Assembly (NCBI GenBank): GCA_905181955.1
Contig: CAJJAC010000003.1
Coordinates: 38,114 to 102,113, forward strand
Length of the DNA stretch: 64,000 bases
Source: SAR86 cluster bacterium SAR86B
Lineage (GTDB): Bacteria > Pseudomonadota > Gammaproteobacteria > Magnimaribacterales > D2472
Direction of reading: 5' to 3'
Positions 19,102-29,349 of this stretch are shown here, in pieces. A model generated the notes under the pieces. It did not search any database. It had not been told where the DNA came from and saw nothing but the letters and a program-made list of their open reading frames with translations. The translations under genes were made by a program, and so were the position numbers. Within the stretch, counting starts at the first letter, position 1. Each line of letters starts with the position of its first letter.

Positions 19102-19885
19102 TACTTATCTCTTTTGATCTTTTAATAGCGCTAATTATGCCTTTTTCAAATAATTGAAGCACATTATTTTTTTTTAAAGAATTTATTCCAGCTTCAGTTG
19201 TACCTTTTTTGGATGCAATCATATTAATCGCCTCATCTAAACCCACGCCATCATCTATAGAAGATGATATGCCATCTAGAAAATTACTAATAATCTTATT
19301 GGCAAATTTTTTATCACCATCACAGAGTTTAAGAACACGTTTTTCATATACTTTTAGCAGATAGAAGAAATATGCAGGCCCGCTGCCTATAAGGCCTGTA
19401 AAGTTATCAAGTTCAGACTCCTTTTTAAGGATAATACTAGCCCCGACTTGGCTAAATAGTTTTTTTGATCTGCTAATTAGTTTTTTTGAATTAGTTTTTC
19501 CATAAATTGCTGTAATACCTTTTCCATAAGCAGATGCAGTAATAGGCATAGCTCTGACAACTTGAGCTTTATCAAAACACTTTGCAATTTTTTTTAATTT
19601 TATGCCTGCAACCACACTAATAATATTTGGAGCATTTGTTATATCTGAAATTTCTTTACAGGCCTGAAGGGCGTCTTTTGGCTTTACAGCAAGAATAATA
19701 GATTCAATTTTATTATTTAAGAGGTTTTTATCTATAGGTTTGATTCCTATCTTTGATAGTATTTTTTTATTGGATGCATTCCTATCTATATACAAAATAT
19801 CTTTTTTCGAAACACCGTTTTTAATTAAGCCCTTAATAATTGACTGACTTATATTTCCCGCCCCAAAGAATACTGTAGTTCCCAT
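19091..19885 (-). CDS. proC: Pyrroline-5-carboxylate reductase ProC
   Basis: 264 aa. N-terminal Rossmann motif FFGAGNISQSI and C-terminal TTEAG motif. Confidence 0.9.
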   Translation of the reverse strand: MGTTVFFGAGNISQSIIKGLIKNGVSKKDILYIDRNASNKKILSKIGIKPIDKNLLNNKIESIILAVKPKDALQACKEISDITNAPNIISVVAGIKLKKIAKCFDKAQVVRAMPITASAYGKGITAIYGKTNSKKLISRSKKLFSQVGASIILKKESELDNFTGLIGSGPAYFFYLLKVYEKRVLKLCDGDKKFANKIISNFLDGISSSIDDGVGLDEAINMIASKKGTTEAGINSLKKNNVLQLFEKGIISAIKRSKEISNEY

Positions 19886-20568
19886 TATCTTTTACCAAAA
19901 ATAGATTCACCAATTCTAATCATATTAGAGCCACATTGAATTGCAGACTCAAAGTCAGAAGTAGTTCCCATTGATAATATATTTGCATCTGGGTAAGCTG
20001 ATTTTAAATTAGCGTGCAGAGCAAAACATTTCCTCATCACTTTCTCATTTTCTACAATATCGCTAGATATTTTAGGAAGAACCATCATTCCTCTTAATTT
20101 TAAATTGCTCTGCGTATTAATAAGAGAAGAGAATCTTAATAGATTATCTGGGCTGACTCCAGATTTAGATTTCTCATTATCAATGTTTACCTGCACACAA
20201 ACGTTCATTATTTTATCTACCTCGCTGCAGTAAGTATTGAGCTTAGAAATTATTTTTTCACGATCGATTGAATGAACCCAATCAGCATGAGCAGCAACTA
20301 ACTTAACTTTATTTGATTGAATAGGCCCAATAAAATGCCAAGTGATATCAAGGCTTGTTAACTCGTCTGATTTTTGCGCAAGCTCTTGGGCAAAATTCTC
20401 ACCGAAATTCTTAAAACCATGTTGATAAACTTTTTTTATAATTGAAATATCTTTTTTCTTAGAAACTGCAATTGTTAACACATCGGCAGGTTTGATATCA
20501 GCATTAAAGCATGCCGCTAAGAAACGCTCTTGAAAGAGCTCTAGATTATTATTTATTGAATCGTGCAT
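19885..20568 (-). CDS. yggS: PLP homeostasis protein YggS (alanine racemase N-terminal fold)
   Basis: 227 aa. Motifs are AVSKKK (PLP lysine region), FGENFAQE, WHFIGPIQSNK and IRIGESIFG. Confidence 0.9.
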   Translation of the reverse strand: MHDSINNNLELFQERFLAACFNADIKPADVLTIAVSKKKDISIIKKVYQHGFKNFGENFAQELAQKSDELTSLDITWHFIGPIQSNKVKLVAAHADWVHSIDREKIISKLNTYCSEVDKIMNVCVQVNIDNEKSKSGVSPDNLLRFSSLINTQSNLKLRGMMVLPKISSDIVENEKVMRKCFALHANLKSAYPDANILSMGTTSDFESAIQCGSNMIRIGESIFGKR

Positions 20569-21083
20569 TTTGTTTTAATAAGAGGTGATAGACCAATTCT
20601 TATAACTACTTCTCTTGCATTGTTTATATCTGATTTATTCATGAAGGGGCCTAGCATTACACCAAACAATATCTTATCTAGCTTATCTATCTCCATAATA
20701 TAAGGCTTTAAATCCATACTTCTCAGTTTATATAACATTTCTGATGCAAACTCCTCTTTCCCATAAGCCTCAACCTGGAGCAAATAAACACAATCTGATT
20801 TATTTAAAACTTCTTCTATTTCTACCAATATAGTTTCACCCTTAAGTCTTTCAGGAAACGTAATGGAAACCGAATTTTCTGATACGGGACTTGGTTTAAA
20901 GATTTCAAGGTTACTATCAAATAAATAAAAAGAAGCAAAAATTGTTAGTAACGAGATGGCAAAAAGAGAAAGTATTATGCTTTTTGCAAATACAGGCTTG
21001 GCTCTATTCTTTGATCTAAAAATAGTTTTACTTTTTTTTGGCTTCTTTCTGCTTGAAGAGACTCTTTGAGCAAAATCTTTCAT
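20553..21083 (-). CDS. SPOR domain-containing membrane protein
   Basis: 176 aa. Basic N-terminus, one TM segment, and a C-terminal SPOR-like repeat (YLLQVEAYGKEEFASEMLYKL...FGVMLGPF). Lies downstream of argS. Confidence 0.6.
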   Translation of the reverse strand: MKDFAQRVSSSRKKPKKSKTIFRSKNRAKPVFAKSIILSLFAISLLTIFASFYLFDSNLEIFKPSPVSENSVSITFPERLKGETILVEIEEVLNKSDCVYLLQVEAYGKEEFASEMLYKLRSMDLKPYIMEIDKLDKILFGVMLGPFMNKSDINNAREVVIRIGLSPLIKTKCTIQ

Positions 21084-21085
21084 AA

Positions 21086-22828
21086 CTACATTTTCTCTAA
21101 GGCTTCTATACCTAAAAGATTTAAGCCATTTGATATAACCAGTTTTACCAGACCTAGACTTTGTAAGATAGACTCTTGATTTTCTTTAGATTCCTTGAGA
21201 ATAGGATTATTGTTGTAGTAGCTATGCAGCAGATGAGCTATATCCCTAAGATAGAAGACAATTAGGTGAGGTTGAAGAGTTTCACCAGATCTCTTAACAA
21301 CTCCTGGAAATTTTGACGCTTCATGAATTAATTTATCACAGGCCAGATATGAACCATCTTTAATGGTATCTAAATTTTCAGGAAGTTCTTTGTTAGATTC
21401 TAGATATTTATTCTGAAGAGAAGCGATTCTTGCATGAGCATATTGAATATAAAAAATTAGGTTTTCTTTATTCTGAGATTTTGCTAATTCAATATCAAAG
21501 TCCAGATGCTGATCAGCCTGTTTTGATAAATAATAAAATCTCGCTGCATCGACACCTATTTCTTTTATAAGATCTTTTAGTGTATAAAAACTCCCACTTC
21601 TTGTAGACATTTTTACTTTCTCTTTTCCTTGATAAAGATTAGCAAATTGAACTAGTTGTACATGGAGTTTATTTTTTGAAAAACCCAAACCTTCAAGAGA
21701 GGCCTCTATTCTCTTAATGTAGCCATGATGATCTGAACCCCATACGTTTATTAGCCTATCAAAACCCCTGTCTACTTTATCTTTATGATAAGCAAGATCT
21801 GCTGCAAAATAAGTTGGTCTGCCGTCATCTCTTATAAGTACTCTATTTTTATCGTCTCCAGCTTTTTCAGTATTGAGCCAGATTGCACCTTTCTCTTCAT
21901 AAGCCAGACCACTTGTTTTTAATTGATCAATAGCCTGTGAAATTTTAGATCCTGAATCTTGAAGTGATCCAAGACTAGATTCGTAATACCAATTATCAAA
22001 GTCTACTTTAAAAGCCTTTAAATCTTCTTCTATACTTTTTAATACTGTATCTAGCGATACTTTTTTTATTTGCTCCCACAAACTTATATCTTCTTCTTTA
22101 AAGATTTTTATAAGAGCATCAATCTGCTCTTCTGCATCCTCAGGTAATCCAGAAGTGATATTTTTAACTTTACTGCTATCAATCTTTGCATTTGGATCAA
22201 TTTGATTAGCAATATCAATAATATATTTACCCTTATAACCACTTTCTGGAAATGAGTTTTCATCAAAACAATTATGCAATCGTAGCCAAACACTCGCAGC
22301 TAGAATATCAATCTGTCTCCCAGCATCATTAATGTAGTACTCTTTTGAAACAGAGTAGCCATTAGCCTGAAGAATCTTTCCAATAGCATCTCCAAAGGCA
22401 GCACCTCGTCCATGGCCAACATGAAGAGGGCCAGTTGGGTTCGCTGATACAAATTCTATTTGGATGCTTTTTTTATACCCATGATCAGAATGACCAAACT
22501 TATTATTTAACTTTGATGATTCATTAACCACGGCAGCGAAATAAGATCTATTTAAAAAAATATTTAAAAACCCTGGGCCTGCGACCTCAACATCTGCTAC
22601 CTCTTTAAGCTCAACTAAATATTTTTTTATTTTTTCAGCTATTTCTCTTGGATTAACTCCCAGCAAATTACCAGAAACAAGACCAATATTTGTAGTGATA
22701 TGTCCTTTACTCAGATCGTCTGTAATTTCTGTCTTATATTTATCTTTAATGAGTTGAATATCATCTTTATCAAAGCCGCTATCGTGATCTAAAAAGCTTT
22801 TTATGTGCTCATTAAAAAGGTTAATCAT
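21086..22828 (-). CDS. argS: Arginine--tRNA ligase ArgS
   Basis: 580 aa. Class I HIGH variant is ANPTGPLHVGHGR. C-terminal anticodon-binding domain ends in EKM. Confidence 0.95.
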   Translation of the reverse strand: MINLFNEHIKSFLDHDSGFDKDDIQLIKDKYKTEITDDLSKGHITTNIGLVSGNLLGVNPREIAEKIKKYLVELKEVADVEVAGPGFLNIFLNRSYFAAVVNESSKLNNKFGHSDHGYKKSIQIEFVSANPTGPLHVGHGRGAAFGDAIGKILQANGYSVSKEYYINDAGRQIDILAASVWLRLHNCFDENSFPESGYKGKYIIDIANQIDPNAKIDSSKVKNITSGLPEDAEEQIDALIKIFKEEDISLWEQIKKVSLDTVLKSIEEDLKAFKVDFDNWYYESSLGSLQDSGSKISQAIDQLKTSGLAYEEKGAIWLNTEKAGDDKNRVLIRDDGRPTYFAADLAYHKDKVDRGFDRLINVWGSDHHGYIKRIEASLEGLGFSKNKLHVQLVQFANLYQGKEKVKMSTRSGSFYTLKDLIKEIGVDAARFYYLSKQADQHLDFDIELAKSQNKENLIFYIQYAHARIASLQNKYLESNKELPENLDTIKDGSYLACDKLIHEASKFPGVVKRSGETLQPHLIVFYLRDIAHLLHSYYNNNPILKESKENQESILQSLGLVKLVISNGLNLLGIEALEKM

Positions 22829-22830
22829 AA

Positions 22831-23391
22831 TTAAACTCTACTGACATAGCTTTCTGTGCGTGTATCTACTTTTATAGTTTCACCTTCATTAACAAATAAT
22901 GGAACTTGAATACTTACACCCGTCTCAAGTTCAGCTATTTTAGTTGCACCTGATACTGTATCACCCCTAACACCGGGCTCAGAAGCCGTAATAGCCAGGT
23001 TAACGAATACAGGAGCTTCAATAATAATCGGTTGATCATCCCATAAGACTATTTCACATCTCTCTTGGCCAACAAGCCATTTTTTAGCATCTCCAATAAG
23101 CTTAGACCCCACCTCTAACTGTTCAAAATTATCTGGATCCATGAAATTCCACGTCTCCCCATCAGAATATAGAAAATCCATTTCCCTATGGCTCACGTCA
23201 GCAGTTTCTGCACTCTCCCCAGATTTAAATGTTTTATCAATAACATTTCCTGTTAAAAGATTTCTATACTTTACGCGCATAACGGCTTGACCCTTACCGG
23301 GTTTATGGAACTCATGATCAATAATAGAACATGGAGCGCCATCTAATAAAAGTTTAGTTCCGTTTTTAAACTGGTTTGTTGAAATTTTCAT
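22831..23391 (-). CDS. efp: Elongation factor P
   Basis: 186 aa. Contains HEFHKPGKGQAVMRVKYRNLLTG, including the modified-Lys loop KPGKG. Confidence 0.95.
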   Translation of the reverse strand: MKISTNQFKNGTKLLLDGAPCSIIDHEFHKPGKGQAVMRVKYRNLLTGNVIDKTFKSGESAETADVSHREMDFLYSDGETWNFMDPDNFEQLEVGSKLIGDAKKWLVGQERCEIVLWDDQPIIIEAPVFVNLAITASEPGVRGDTVSGATKIAELETGVSIQVPLFVNEGETIKVDTRTESYVSRV

Positions 23392-23429
23392 AATATACTA
23401 TAGGTCTATTTTAAAGGGGTGATTATCAA

Positions 23430-25244
23430 ATGAACAAATTATTTAGCTTACTTATAACAATATTTATTTTAGTGTCTTGTTCCTCAAACGATTCTGAAAT
23501 TAAAACTATATCTGATGTAGAGTCTTTTCTAGAGAAGGTAGAGCAAGAGAATAAAACTCTTGGACCAGTTGCTTCTTCTGCATCATGGATAAGTTCTAAT
23601 TTTATAACTTACGATTCGCAAAAGATAGCTGCAGATTTTGGTAAACGCTATTCTCTGATTTCAGTAGAAAGAGCAAACGAAGCTGCGACCTTTGATGACC
23701 TAGACCTGCCTGATGAAATGAGAAGAAAACTAAATTTAATAAAAGGTGGTTTTGTTATGCCAGCACCTCTAGACGATGCTTTAGCTGGAGAAATAGCTAA
23801 TATAGAATCTGAACTTGGTGCCATGTATGGATTAGGCAGTCATTGCTTTGATGAAAATGATTGTTATGACCTTGAAGCTTTTGAGCAAATTATAGACTCA
23901 TCAAGAAACCCAGAAGAGCTATTAAAAGCATGGACGGGCTGGAGAGAAATAGGCAAGCCTATGAAGGATAAGTATATGCGCATGGTTGAAATAGGTGACC
24001 TTGGTGCTAGAGACCTAGGCTATGACGGCTTAACTGATTTATGGTTTAGTAAATATGATATGCCTGCTGAAGAGTTCCTTGAAGAGACAGATAGAGTCTG
24101 GGAAGAAGTAAAACCTCTATATGATGCACTTCAATGTCACGTCCGAGAAAAGTTAAATGAACATTATGGGGATGATATTGTTCCTGCCGAAGGAATGCTT
24201 CCTGCTCATGTTCTGGGAAATATGTGGGGCCAATCATGGGCTAACGTATATGATCTAGTTTTTGAAGAAGATCCGAATGCAGTTTCTATTAATTTAACTT
24301 CACTTATCGAAGAAAAAGATTTGACGGAGCGTGAGATGGTTGTGATAGCTGAAGATTTCTTCCTATCTTTAGGATTTGATCCATTACCAGAAACCTTCTG
24401 GGAAAGATCTTTATTTACTAAACCTCAAGATAGAAATGTAGTGTGTCATGCATCAGCATGGAACCTAGACCCAGATAATAACGACTTAAGAATAAAGATG
24501 TGTATACAAAAGAATGAGGAAGATTTTGTAACTATTCATCATGAGTTAGGTCATATTTTTTATTATCAAGCTTATAACGATCTTCCTGGAGTATTTAGAG
24601 GAGGAGCAAATGACGGCTTTCATGAAGCTGTTGGAGATTTATTAGCTTTATCGATTACTCCAGATTATTTAAACCAGATTGGTTTTGTTACTAAGGCTGA
24701 GGCAGAAGCAGCGGAGCAGGACCCAATTGCATTATTAATGAAGCAAGCTTTAGATGGCGTTGTCTCAATTCCATGGACTTTAATGTTAGATAAATGGAGA
24801 TCAGGTATTTTTACTGGTGAAATAACAAAAGAAAACTTAAATTCTAGTTGGTGGGAATTAAGAGAAAAGTATCAAGGCATTACATCTCCAATGGAAAGAG
24901 GTGAAGAGTATTTTGATCCAGGTGCTAAATATCATATTCCTGGTAATACTCCATACACGCGATACTATCTTGCAAAAATTATGCAATACCAGTTCCATGA
25001 ATCATTATGTAACGACATAGGTTTTGAAGGGCCTCTGCATGAGTGTTCAATTTATAATAATCCTGAGGCTGGAGTAAAAATAAGAAATATGCTGGCAATG
25101 GGTCAAAGCAAGCCTTGGCAGGATGCTTTTGAAGCTTTAACTGGAGAAAGAGCTTTAAGCGGAACTTCAATTTTAAATTATTATAAACCTCTTCAAGAAT
25201 GGCTAGAAAAAGAAAATGAAAGCCGTTCATGTGGTTGGGAGTAG
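23430..25244 (+). CDS. M2 family zinc peptidase (angiotensin-converting-enzyme-like peptidyl-dipeptidase A), lipoprotein-like
   Basis: 604 aa. N-terminus ILVSCSS. Zinc site is HHELGHIFYY with the downstream glutamate motif FHEAVGD, as in ACE/M2 peptidases. Confidence 0.85.
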   Translation: MNKLFSLLITIFILVSCSSNDSEIKTISDVESFLEKVEQENKTLGPVASSASWISSNFITYDSQKIAADFGKRYSLISVERANEAATFDDLDLPDEMRRKLNLIKGGFVMPAPLDDALAGEIANIESELGAMYGLGSHCFDENDCYDLEAFEQIIDSSRNPEELLKAWTGWREIGKPMKDKYMRMVEIGDLGARDLGYDGLTDLWFSKYDMPAEEFLEETDRVWEEVKPLYDALQCHVREKLNEHYGDDIVPAEGMLPAHVLGNMWGQSWANVYDLVFEEDPNAVSINLTSLIEEKDLTEREMVVIAEDFFLSLGFDPLPETFWERSLFTKPQDRNVVCHASAWNLDPDNNDLRIKMCIQKNEEDFVTIHHELGHIFYYQAYNDLPGVFRGGANDGFHEAVGDLLALSITPDYLNQIGFVTKAEAEAAEQDPIALLMKQALDGVVSIPWTLMLDKWRSGIFTGEITKENLNSSWWELREKYQGITSPMERGEEYFDPGAKYHIPGNTPYTRYYLAKIMQYQFHESLCNDIGFEGPLHECSIYNNPEAGVKIRNMLAMGQSKPWQDAFEALTGERALSGTSILNYYKPLQEWLEKENESRSCGWE

Positions 25245-25247
25245 ATT

Positions 25248-26093
25248 ATGCAATCAATAATGTATTTAACTTTTGCAGCCCTTGGTTTTGTAATTCCTTT
25301 TGGAATTAGCTTAGCTATTGGCAATGAGCTAGTCCAAAATATAGTTTTACTTGTTTATATAATTCAGTGGGTTGCCTTTATACCTGCTTATATGTTTCAA
25401 ACAGAAAAATTTTATGATTTAACTGGCAGCATTACTTATACGAGCGTATTTGCTTACTGTATATACTTAGCTACATCAGGCGATATTAACTGGGGCTCAT
25501 TAATAATTTCAATTCTAGTAATTTTATGGGCAGGACGTTTAGGAACTTTCTTATTTACAAGAATAGCTAAAGACGGAGAAGATAAGCGGTTTAGAACCAT
25601 TAAGCCTGACATGGCACAATTCTTTATGACATGGACACTTCAGGGAATGTGGGTTTCACTTTGTTCTTTATGTGCCATTACAGCTATAGCAAGCGATACA
25701 GGTATTATTGTTAATGGTATTTTTTATATAGGCATAATAATGTTCATTGGAGGATTTGCTATAGAAATAGTTGCAGATCAACAGAAGTCTGCATTTAGAG
25801 CCATACCAGAAAATAGAAATAAATTTATTACTAGTGGTTTATGGAGTAAATCAAGACACCCTAATTACTTCGGTGAAATAATGCTATGGACTGGAGTTGC
25901 TGTTATGTCTTTTTCTTCATTATCAGGCATAGAGTATCTAACATTAATATCACCAATATTTACTTATTTATTATTAGTAAAAATTAGTGGAGTTAGAATG
26001 TTAGAGGGAAGAGGTCAGAAAACATGGGGCCAAGATGAAGAATATATTGCATATATGAAAAACACACCCATGGTGATGTTAAAATTTTGGTAG
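25248..26093 (+). CDS. DUF1295 / steroid 5-alpha-reductase-like membrane protein
   Basis: 281 aa, polytopic. C-terminal motif GLWSKSRHPNYFGEIMLW. Begins 3 nt after the M2 peptidase gene. Confidence 0.75.
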   Translation: MQSIMYLTFAALGFVIPFGISLAIGNELVQNIVLLVYIIQWVAFIPAYMFQTEKFYDLTGSITYTSVFAYCIYLATSGDINWGSLIISILVILWAGRLGTFLFTRIAKDGEDKRFRTIKPDMAQFFMTWTLQGMWVSLCSLCAITAIASDTGIIVNGIFYIGIIMFIGGFAIEIVADQQKSAFRAIPENRNKFITSGLWSKSRHPNYFGEIMLWTGVAVMSFSSLSGIEYLTLISPIFTYLLLVKISGVRMLEGRGQKTWGQDEEYIAYMKNTPMVMLKFW

Positions 26094-26131
26094 ACTTGTG
26101 CATAAATTGAGAACGGTCTCACAAAATAAAT

Positions 26132-26161
26132 TTGTGAATTTTTGCATTAACTTGGTAGAAT
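26132..26161 (+). promoter_or_regulatory. Candidate sigma-70 promoter for the TonB2-type cluster
   Basis: TTGTGA (26132-26137), an 18-nt spacer, then TAGAAT (26156-26161). A palindrome TGAGAacggTCTCA lies just upstream at 26108-26121. Pattern match only. Confidence 0.25.
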
Positions 26162-26224
26162 GACAGAACTTTTTTAGTAGTTAAAAAAAACAATTAATTA
26201 CAAAGTAATAGGGAGCAACTTAAT

Positions 26225-26983
26225 ATGTTGAAATTACGAGCCATAATAATGTCTCTTGCTTTAATCATTCCATTTGTAGCGAGCGCTACTGATATGGAAG
26301 CAGTGTTAGAAGTAGGCAGAGATAATTCAAACCAATCAGCTGTATCGCAAGATAAAATCGACAGCACAGAAAAGCAAACAGACAAAATTGTAAACGAGTG
26401 GAAGGTTGTCTCTAAGCAAGTCGAAGGCCTAAAGGTTTATAACCAACAAAAAAGAATCCAAATTCAAGCTCAGCTTGATTTGATGGATAAATTAGATGAT
26501 CAGCTAACCCAAGTAGTTGTCATGCAAAGACAAATACCACCTTTAGCCCAAAGAATGCTTGAAGGTCTAGAAAAGTTTGTTGAGCTTGATGTACCTTTCC
26601 ATATTGAAGAAAGAAGACAAAGACTTGATTTAGTAAGAAGTTCTTTATCAAATCCAAAAGTGACAGCTTCAGAGCAAGTAAGACAAATTTTAGAAGCCTA
26701 TAATATTGAGGGTGAGTACGGAAGAAAGATTGATGCTTTTGAATCTTCTATTATTATTGATGGCCAAGAAATAGTAGCTAATGTTTTAGTTATTGGAAGA
26801 ATTGGAATGTTCTATCAAACCAAAGATGAGAGAACTAGCGGTATATGGGATAACGATGCTAACGACTGGATAGAACTAGAAAGTGGTTTTAGAACAGCTA
26901 TTAGAGATGGTATTAGAATGGCTAAAAAATTAGCTCCAACAGATATGTTGATGCTGCCAGTAATCGTTAAGGAGCAAATCTAA
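26225..26983 (+). CDS. DUF3450-type periplasmic coiled-coil protein (TonB2-system TtpB-like)
   Basis: 252 aa with a signal peptide and a coiled-coil-rich sequence. First gene of an ExbB/ExbD/TonB cluster. Its stop overlaps the next start (TAATG). Confidence 0.7.
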   Translation: MLKLRAIIMSLALIIPFVASATDMEAVLEVGRDNSNQSAVSQDKIDSTEKQTDKIVNEWKVVSKQVEGLKVYNQQKRIQIQAQLDLMDKLDDQLTQVVVMQRQIPPLAQRMLEGLEKFVELDVPFHIEERRQRLDLVRSSLSNPKVTASEQVRQILEAYNIEGEYGRKIDAFESSIIIDGQEIVANVLVIGRIGMFYQTKDERTSGIWDNDANDWIELESGFRTAIRDGIRMAKKLAPTDMLMLPVIVKEQI

Positions 26984-28377
26984 TGAAATTTTTAAATTTA
27001 TTTTATTTCGTATTAATTGTTACGTTTTCTGCTCCATCTTTTGCACAAGATGCTGATGATGCAAGCGTTGATCAAGAACCAACCACTGTCGAAGCACTTT
27101 TAGCACTTGTTAAAGAAGGTAAAGTTAAAGAACAAGCAGAAAATAACAAAAGAGAAGCAACCTTCTTAGCAAGCAAGAATAAGCAAGCTAGTATTTTAGC
27201 TGCTGAAAAAAGAGAACTTGCTAGGCAAGAAAAAATTGCAGACAAATTAGAGGCTGAATATAAATCAAACCAAGAAATTCTTAGAGTTAAAGAAGATGCT
27301 TACAAGAAAGAGCTTGGTTCATTGGTCGAATTATTTGGTCACATACAAAGTTCAGCTGGAGAAGCCTCATCAATGTTTGCTGGTTCACTTACTTCTGCTC
27401 AATTTGGACTTGAAAGAGTTTCATTTTTAAATGGCCTTACCGGCAAAATGTCAGAAACAACTGAGCTACCTACTATTAAAGAAATAGAGCGTTTATGGTA
27501 CGAACTTCAAAATGAAATGATTGCTGGTGGAAATGTAGTTAAATTCAATACTACTGTTATTGATGTTGATGGCGAAACTTCTGAATGTGAAGTTACCAGA
27601 GTAGGTTTATTTAATGCTGTTTGTGATGGTAAATATCTTGAATTTGCATCATCTAAAGGGCAGTATGCCTTTCTTCCAAGACAACCAGCTGGAAGATATA
27701 CAAAGAGTGCTAAGAATTTAGGAAATGCTGAAGGTGGCGAACAGGTTAAGTTTGGAGTTGATCCAACTGGACCTACAGGTGGAAGCTTATTAGCAAACCT
27801 TATACAAACTCCTTCTATGGCAGAAAGAGCAAAGCAAGGTAAAGAAGTTGGAGCAGCAATTATTGTTGTAGGTATTATTGGTATTGCAATAGCTTTCTGG
27901 AAACTTTACAGCTTATATATGGTTAGTGTAGCTGTTACTAGGCAGACTAAATCCAAAACTGCATCATCAGATAATCCTTTAGGAAGGGTTCTTAAAGTAG
28001 GAGAAGCTAACTTTAAGAAAGATATAGATACATTAGAACTTCGTTTAGCTGAAGCAATCATGGCGGAAAGGCCTTCGATTGAGAGAGGCATAAGTGTTGT
28101 AAGAATAATCTCGGTTGTAGCTCCGTTAGCCGGTCTACTTGGAACTGTTACAGGCATGATTGTGACATTCCAACAGATTACACTTTACGGTACTGGAGAT
28201 CCTAAGCTAATGGCTGGTGGTATTTCACAAGCATTAGTTACAACAGTTCTAGGCCTATTAGTTGCTATCCCAACAACTCTTCTTCATTCATTTACTGCAT
28301 CGTCAGCTAAAGGAATTATTTGTATTTTAGAAGAACAGAGTACTGGTATATTGGCTGAGCATTCTGAAACTAGCTAG
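26983..28377 (+). CDS. Long MotA/TolQ/ExbB-family proton channel protein with periplasmic N-terminal extension (TtpC-like)
   Basis: 464 aa. Signal peptide, then about 280 aa of charged coiled-coil region, then a C-terminal 3-TM MotA/ExbB core (APLAGLLGTVTGMI...GISQALVTTVLGL). Confidence 0.8.
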   Translation: MKFLNLFYFVLIVTFSAPSFAQDADDASVDQEPTTVEALLALVKEGKVKEQAENNKREATFLASKNKQASILAAEKRELARQEKIADKLEAEYKSNQEILRVKEDAYKKELGSLVELFGHIQSSAGEASSMFAGSLTSAQFGLERVSFLNGLTGKMSETTELPTIKEIERLWYELQNEMIAGGNVVKFNTTVIDVDGETSECEVTRVGLFNAVCDGKYLEFASSKGQYAFLPRQPAGRYTKSAKNLGNAEGGEQVKFGVDPTGPTGGSLLANLIQTPSMAERAKQGKEVGAAIIVVGIIGIAIAFWKLYSLYMVSVAVTRQTKSKTASSDNPLGRVLKVGEANFKKDIDTLELRLAEAIMAERPSIERGISVVRIISVVAPLAGLLGTVTGMIVTFQQITLYGTGDPKLMAGGISQALVTTVLGLLVAIPTTLLHSFTASSAKGIICILEEQSTGILAEHSETS

Positions 28378-28385
28378 TTTTATAT

Positions 28386-28910
28386 ATGTACGAATTAAGT
28401 GAAGCATTTGTCTCAGTAAGAGACTTCATGGAGCAGGGTGGCGACGTTCTGTGGGGCATTGCTTTACTAGTATTATTTATGTGGACCATGATCTTTGAAA
28501 GGGCCTTCTACTATGCTCAAGGATACAATGAGTATATTGCTGGATTAGTTCAGCAATGGGAATCAAGAGAAGATAAGACTTCTTGGTACGCTCTTCAAAT
28601 TCGTGCCAAGTACATGTCTCAAGCAAAAGTAGAAATTAATAGGAATCTATCACTGATACAAACTTGTGTTGCTATAGCTCCTTTATTTGGTTTACTAGGA
28701 ACAGTTACAGGAATGATAGAGGTCTTCCAGGTTATGGCCTTTAATGGTGGTGGTGATGCTAGATCAATGGCAGGAGGTGTTTCAAAAGCAACACTTCCAA
28801 CTATGGCAGGAATGGTCGTTGCTTTATCAGGTGTATTTGCAACAATATATTTAAATGGTGCTAGTCTTAAAAGAGAGCAAATGTTAAATAAAGTTATTAA
28901 AAGATATTAA
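28386..28910 (+). CDS. exbB: Biopolymer transport protein ExbB
   Basis: 174 aa. MotA/TolQ/ExbB core is APLFGLLGTVTGMIEVF...GVSKATLPTMAGM. Confidence 0.85.
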   Translation: MYELSEAFVSVRDFMEQGGDVLWGIALLVLFMWTMIFERAFYYAQGYNEYIAGLVQQWESREDKTSWYALQIRAKYMSQAKVEINRNLSLIQTCVAIAPLFGLLGTVTGMIEVFQVMAFNGGGDARSMAGGVSKATLPTMAGMVVALSGVFATIYLNGASLKREQMLNKVIKRY

Positions 28911-28929
28911 AAGATATTAGGAGAGAATT

Positions 28930-29340
28930 GTGAGAAGAGGATCAATTACAAGCGCAGTAAAAGAAGAAGAAAGTGAAATCAATATGACGCCGATGCTTGA
29001 TGTTGTATTTATCATGCTTATTTTCTTTATTGTTACCGCAAACTTTATTAAAGAGCCTGGTTTAGAAATCAATAGACCTGATTCAAACACAGCAGAAACC
29101 CAAGAAAATGCTGCAATATTAATTGCTGTTGGACCAACTGGTGAAATATGGATGGATGGCAGAAGAATTGATGTCAGACAGGTAAAAGCTAATGTTGTGA
29201 AAATGCTTGCCGATAATCCTCAGGGTTCTGTTGTAATTCAAGCTGATGAAAAAGCAGTAGCAGATACAATAATCAAGGTTATGGATGGAGCTAGAGAAGC
29301 TGGAGTCTCTGCAATTTCACTAGCATCAGAACCTAAATAA
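28930..29340 (+). CDS. exbD: Biopolymer transport protein ExbD
   Basis: 136 aa. GTG start preceded by AGGAGAG. Motif EINMTPMLDVVFIMLIFFIV is typical of ExbD/TolR. Confidence 0.9.
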   Translation: MRRGSITSAVKEEESEINMTPMLDVVFIMLIFFIVTANFIKEPGLEINRPDSNTAETQENAAILIAVGPTGEIWMDGRRIDVRQVKANVVKMLADNPQGSVVIQADEKAVADTIIKVMDGAREAGVSAISLASEPK

Positions 29341-29349
29341 TTATTAAAT

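Noticed and set aside
26168-26183. Shared 11-mer TTTTAGTAGTT in the TonB2-cluster leader and in the bhmt leader hairpin (55040-50), considered as a common regulatory motif
   Set aside because: In a 64-kb AT-rich sequence, many 11-mer coincidences are expected. Only the bhmt copy forms a hairpin.
26094-26224. Fur box upstream of the TonB2-type cluster
   Set aside because: There is only generic AT-rich similarity to GATAATGATAATCATTATC. The one clear symmetric element (TGAGAacggTCTCA) does not resemble a Fur box.
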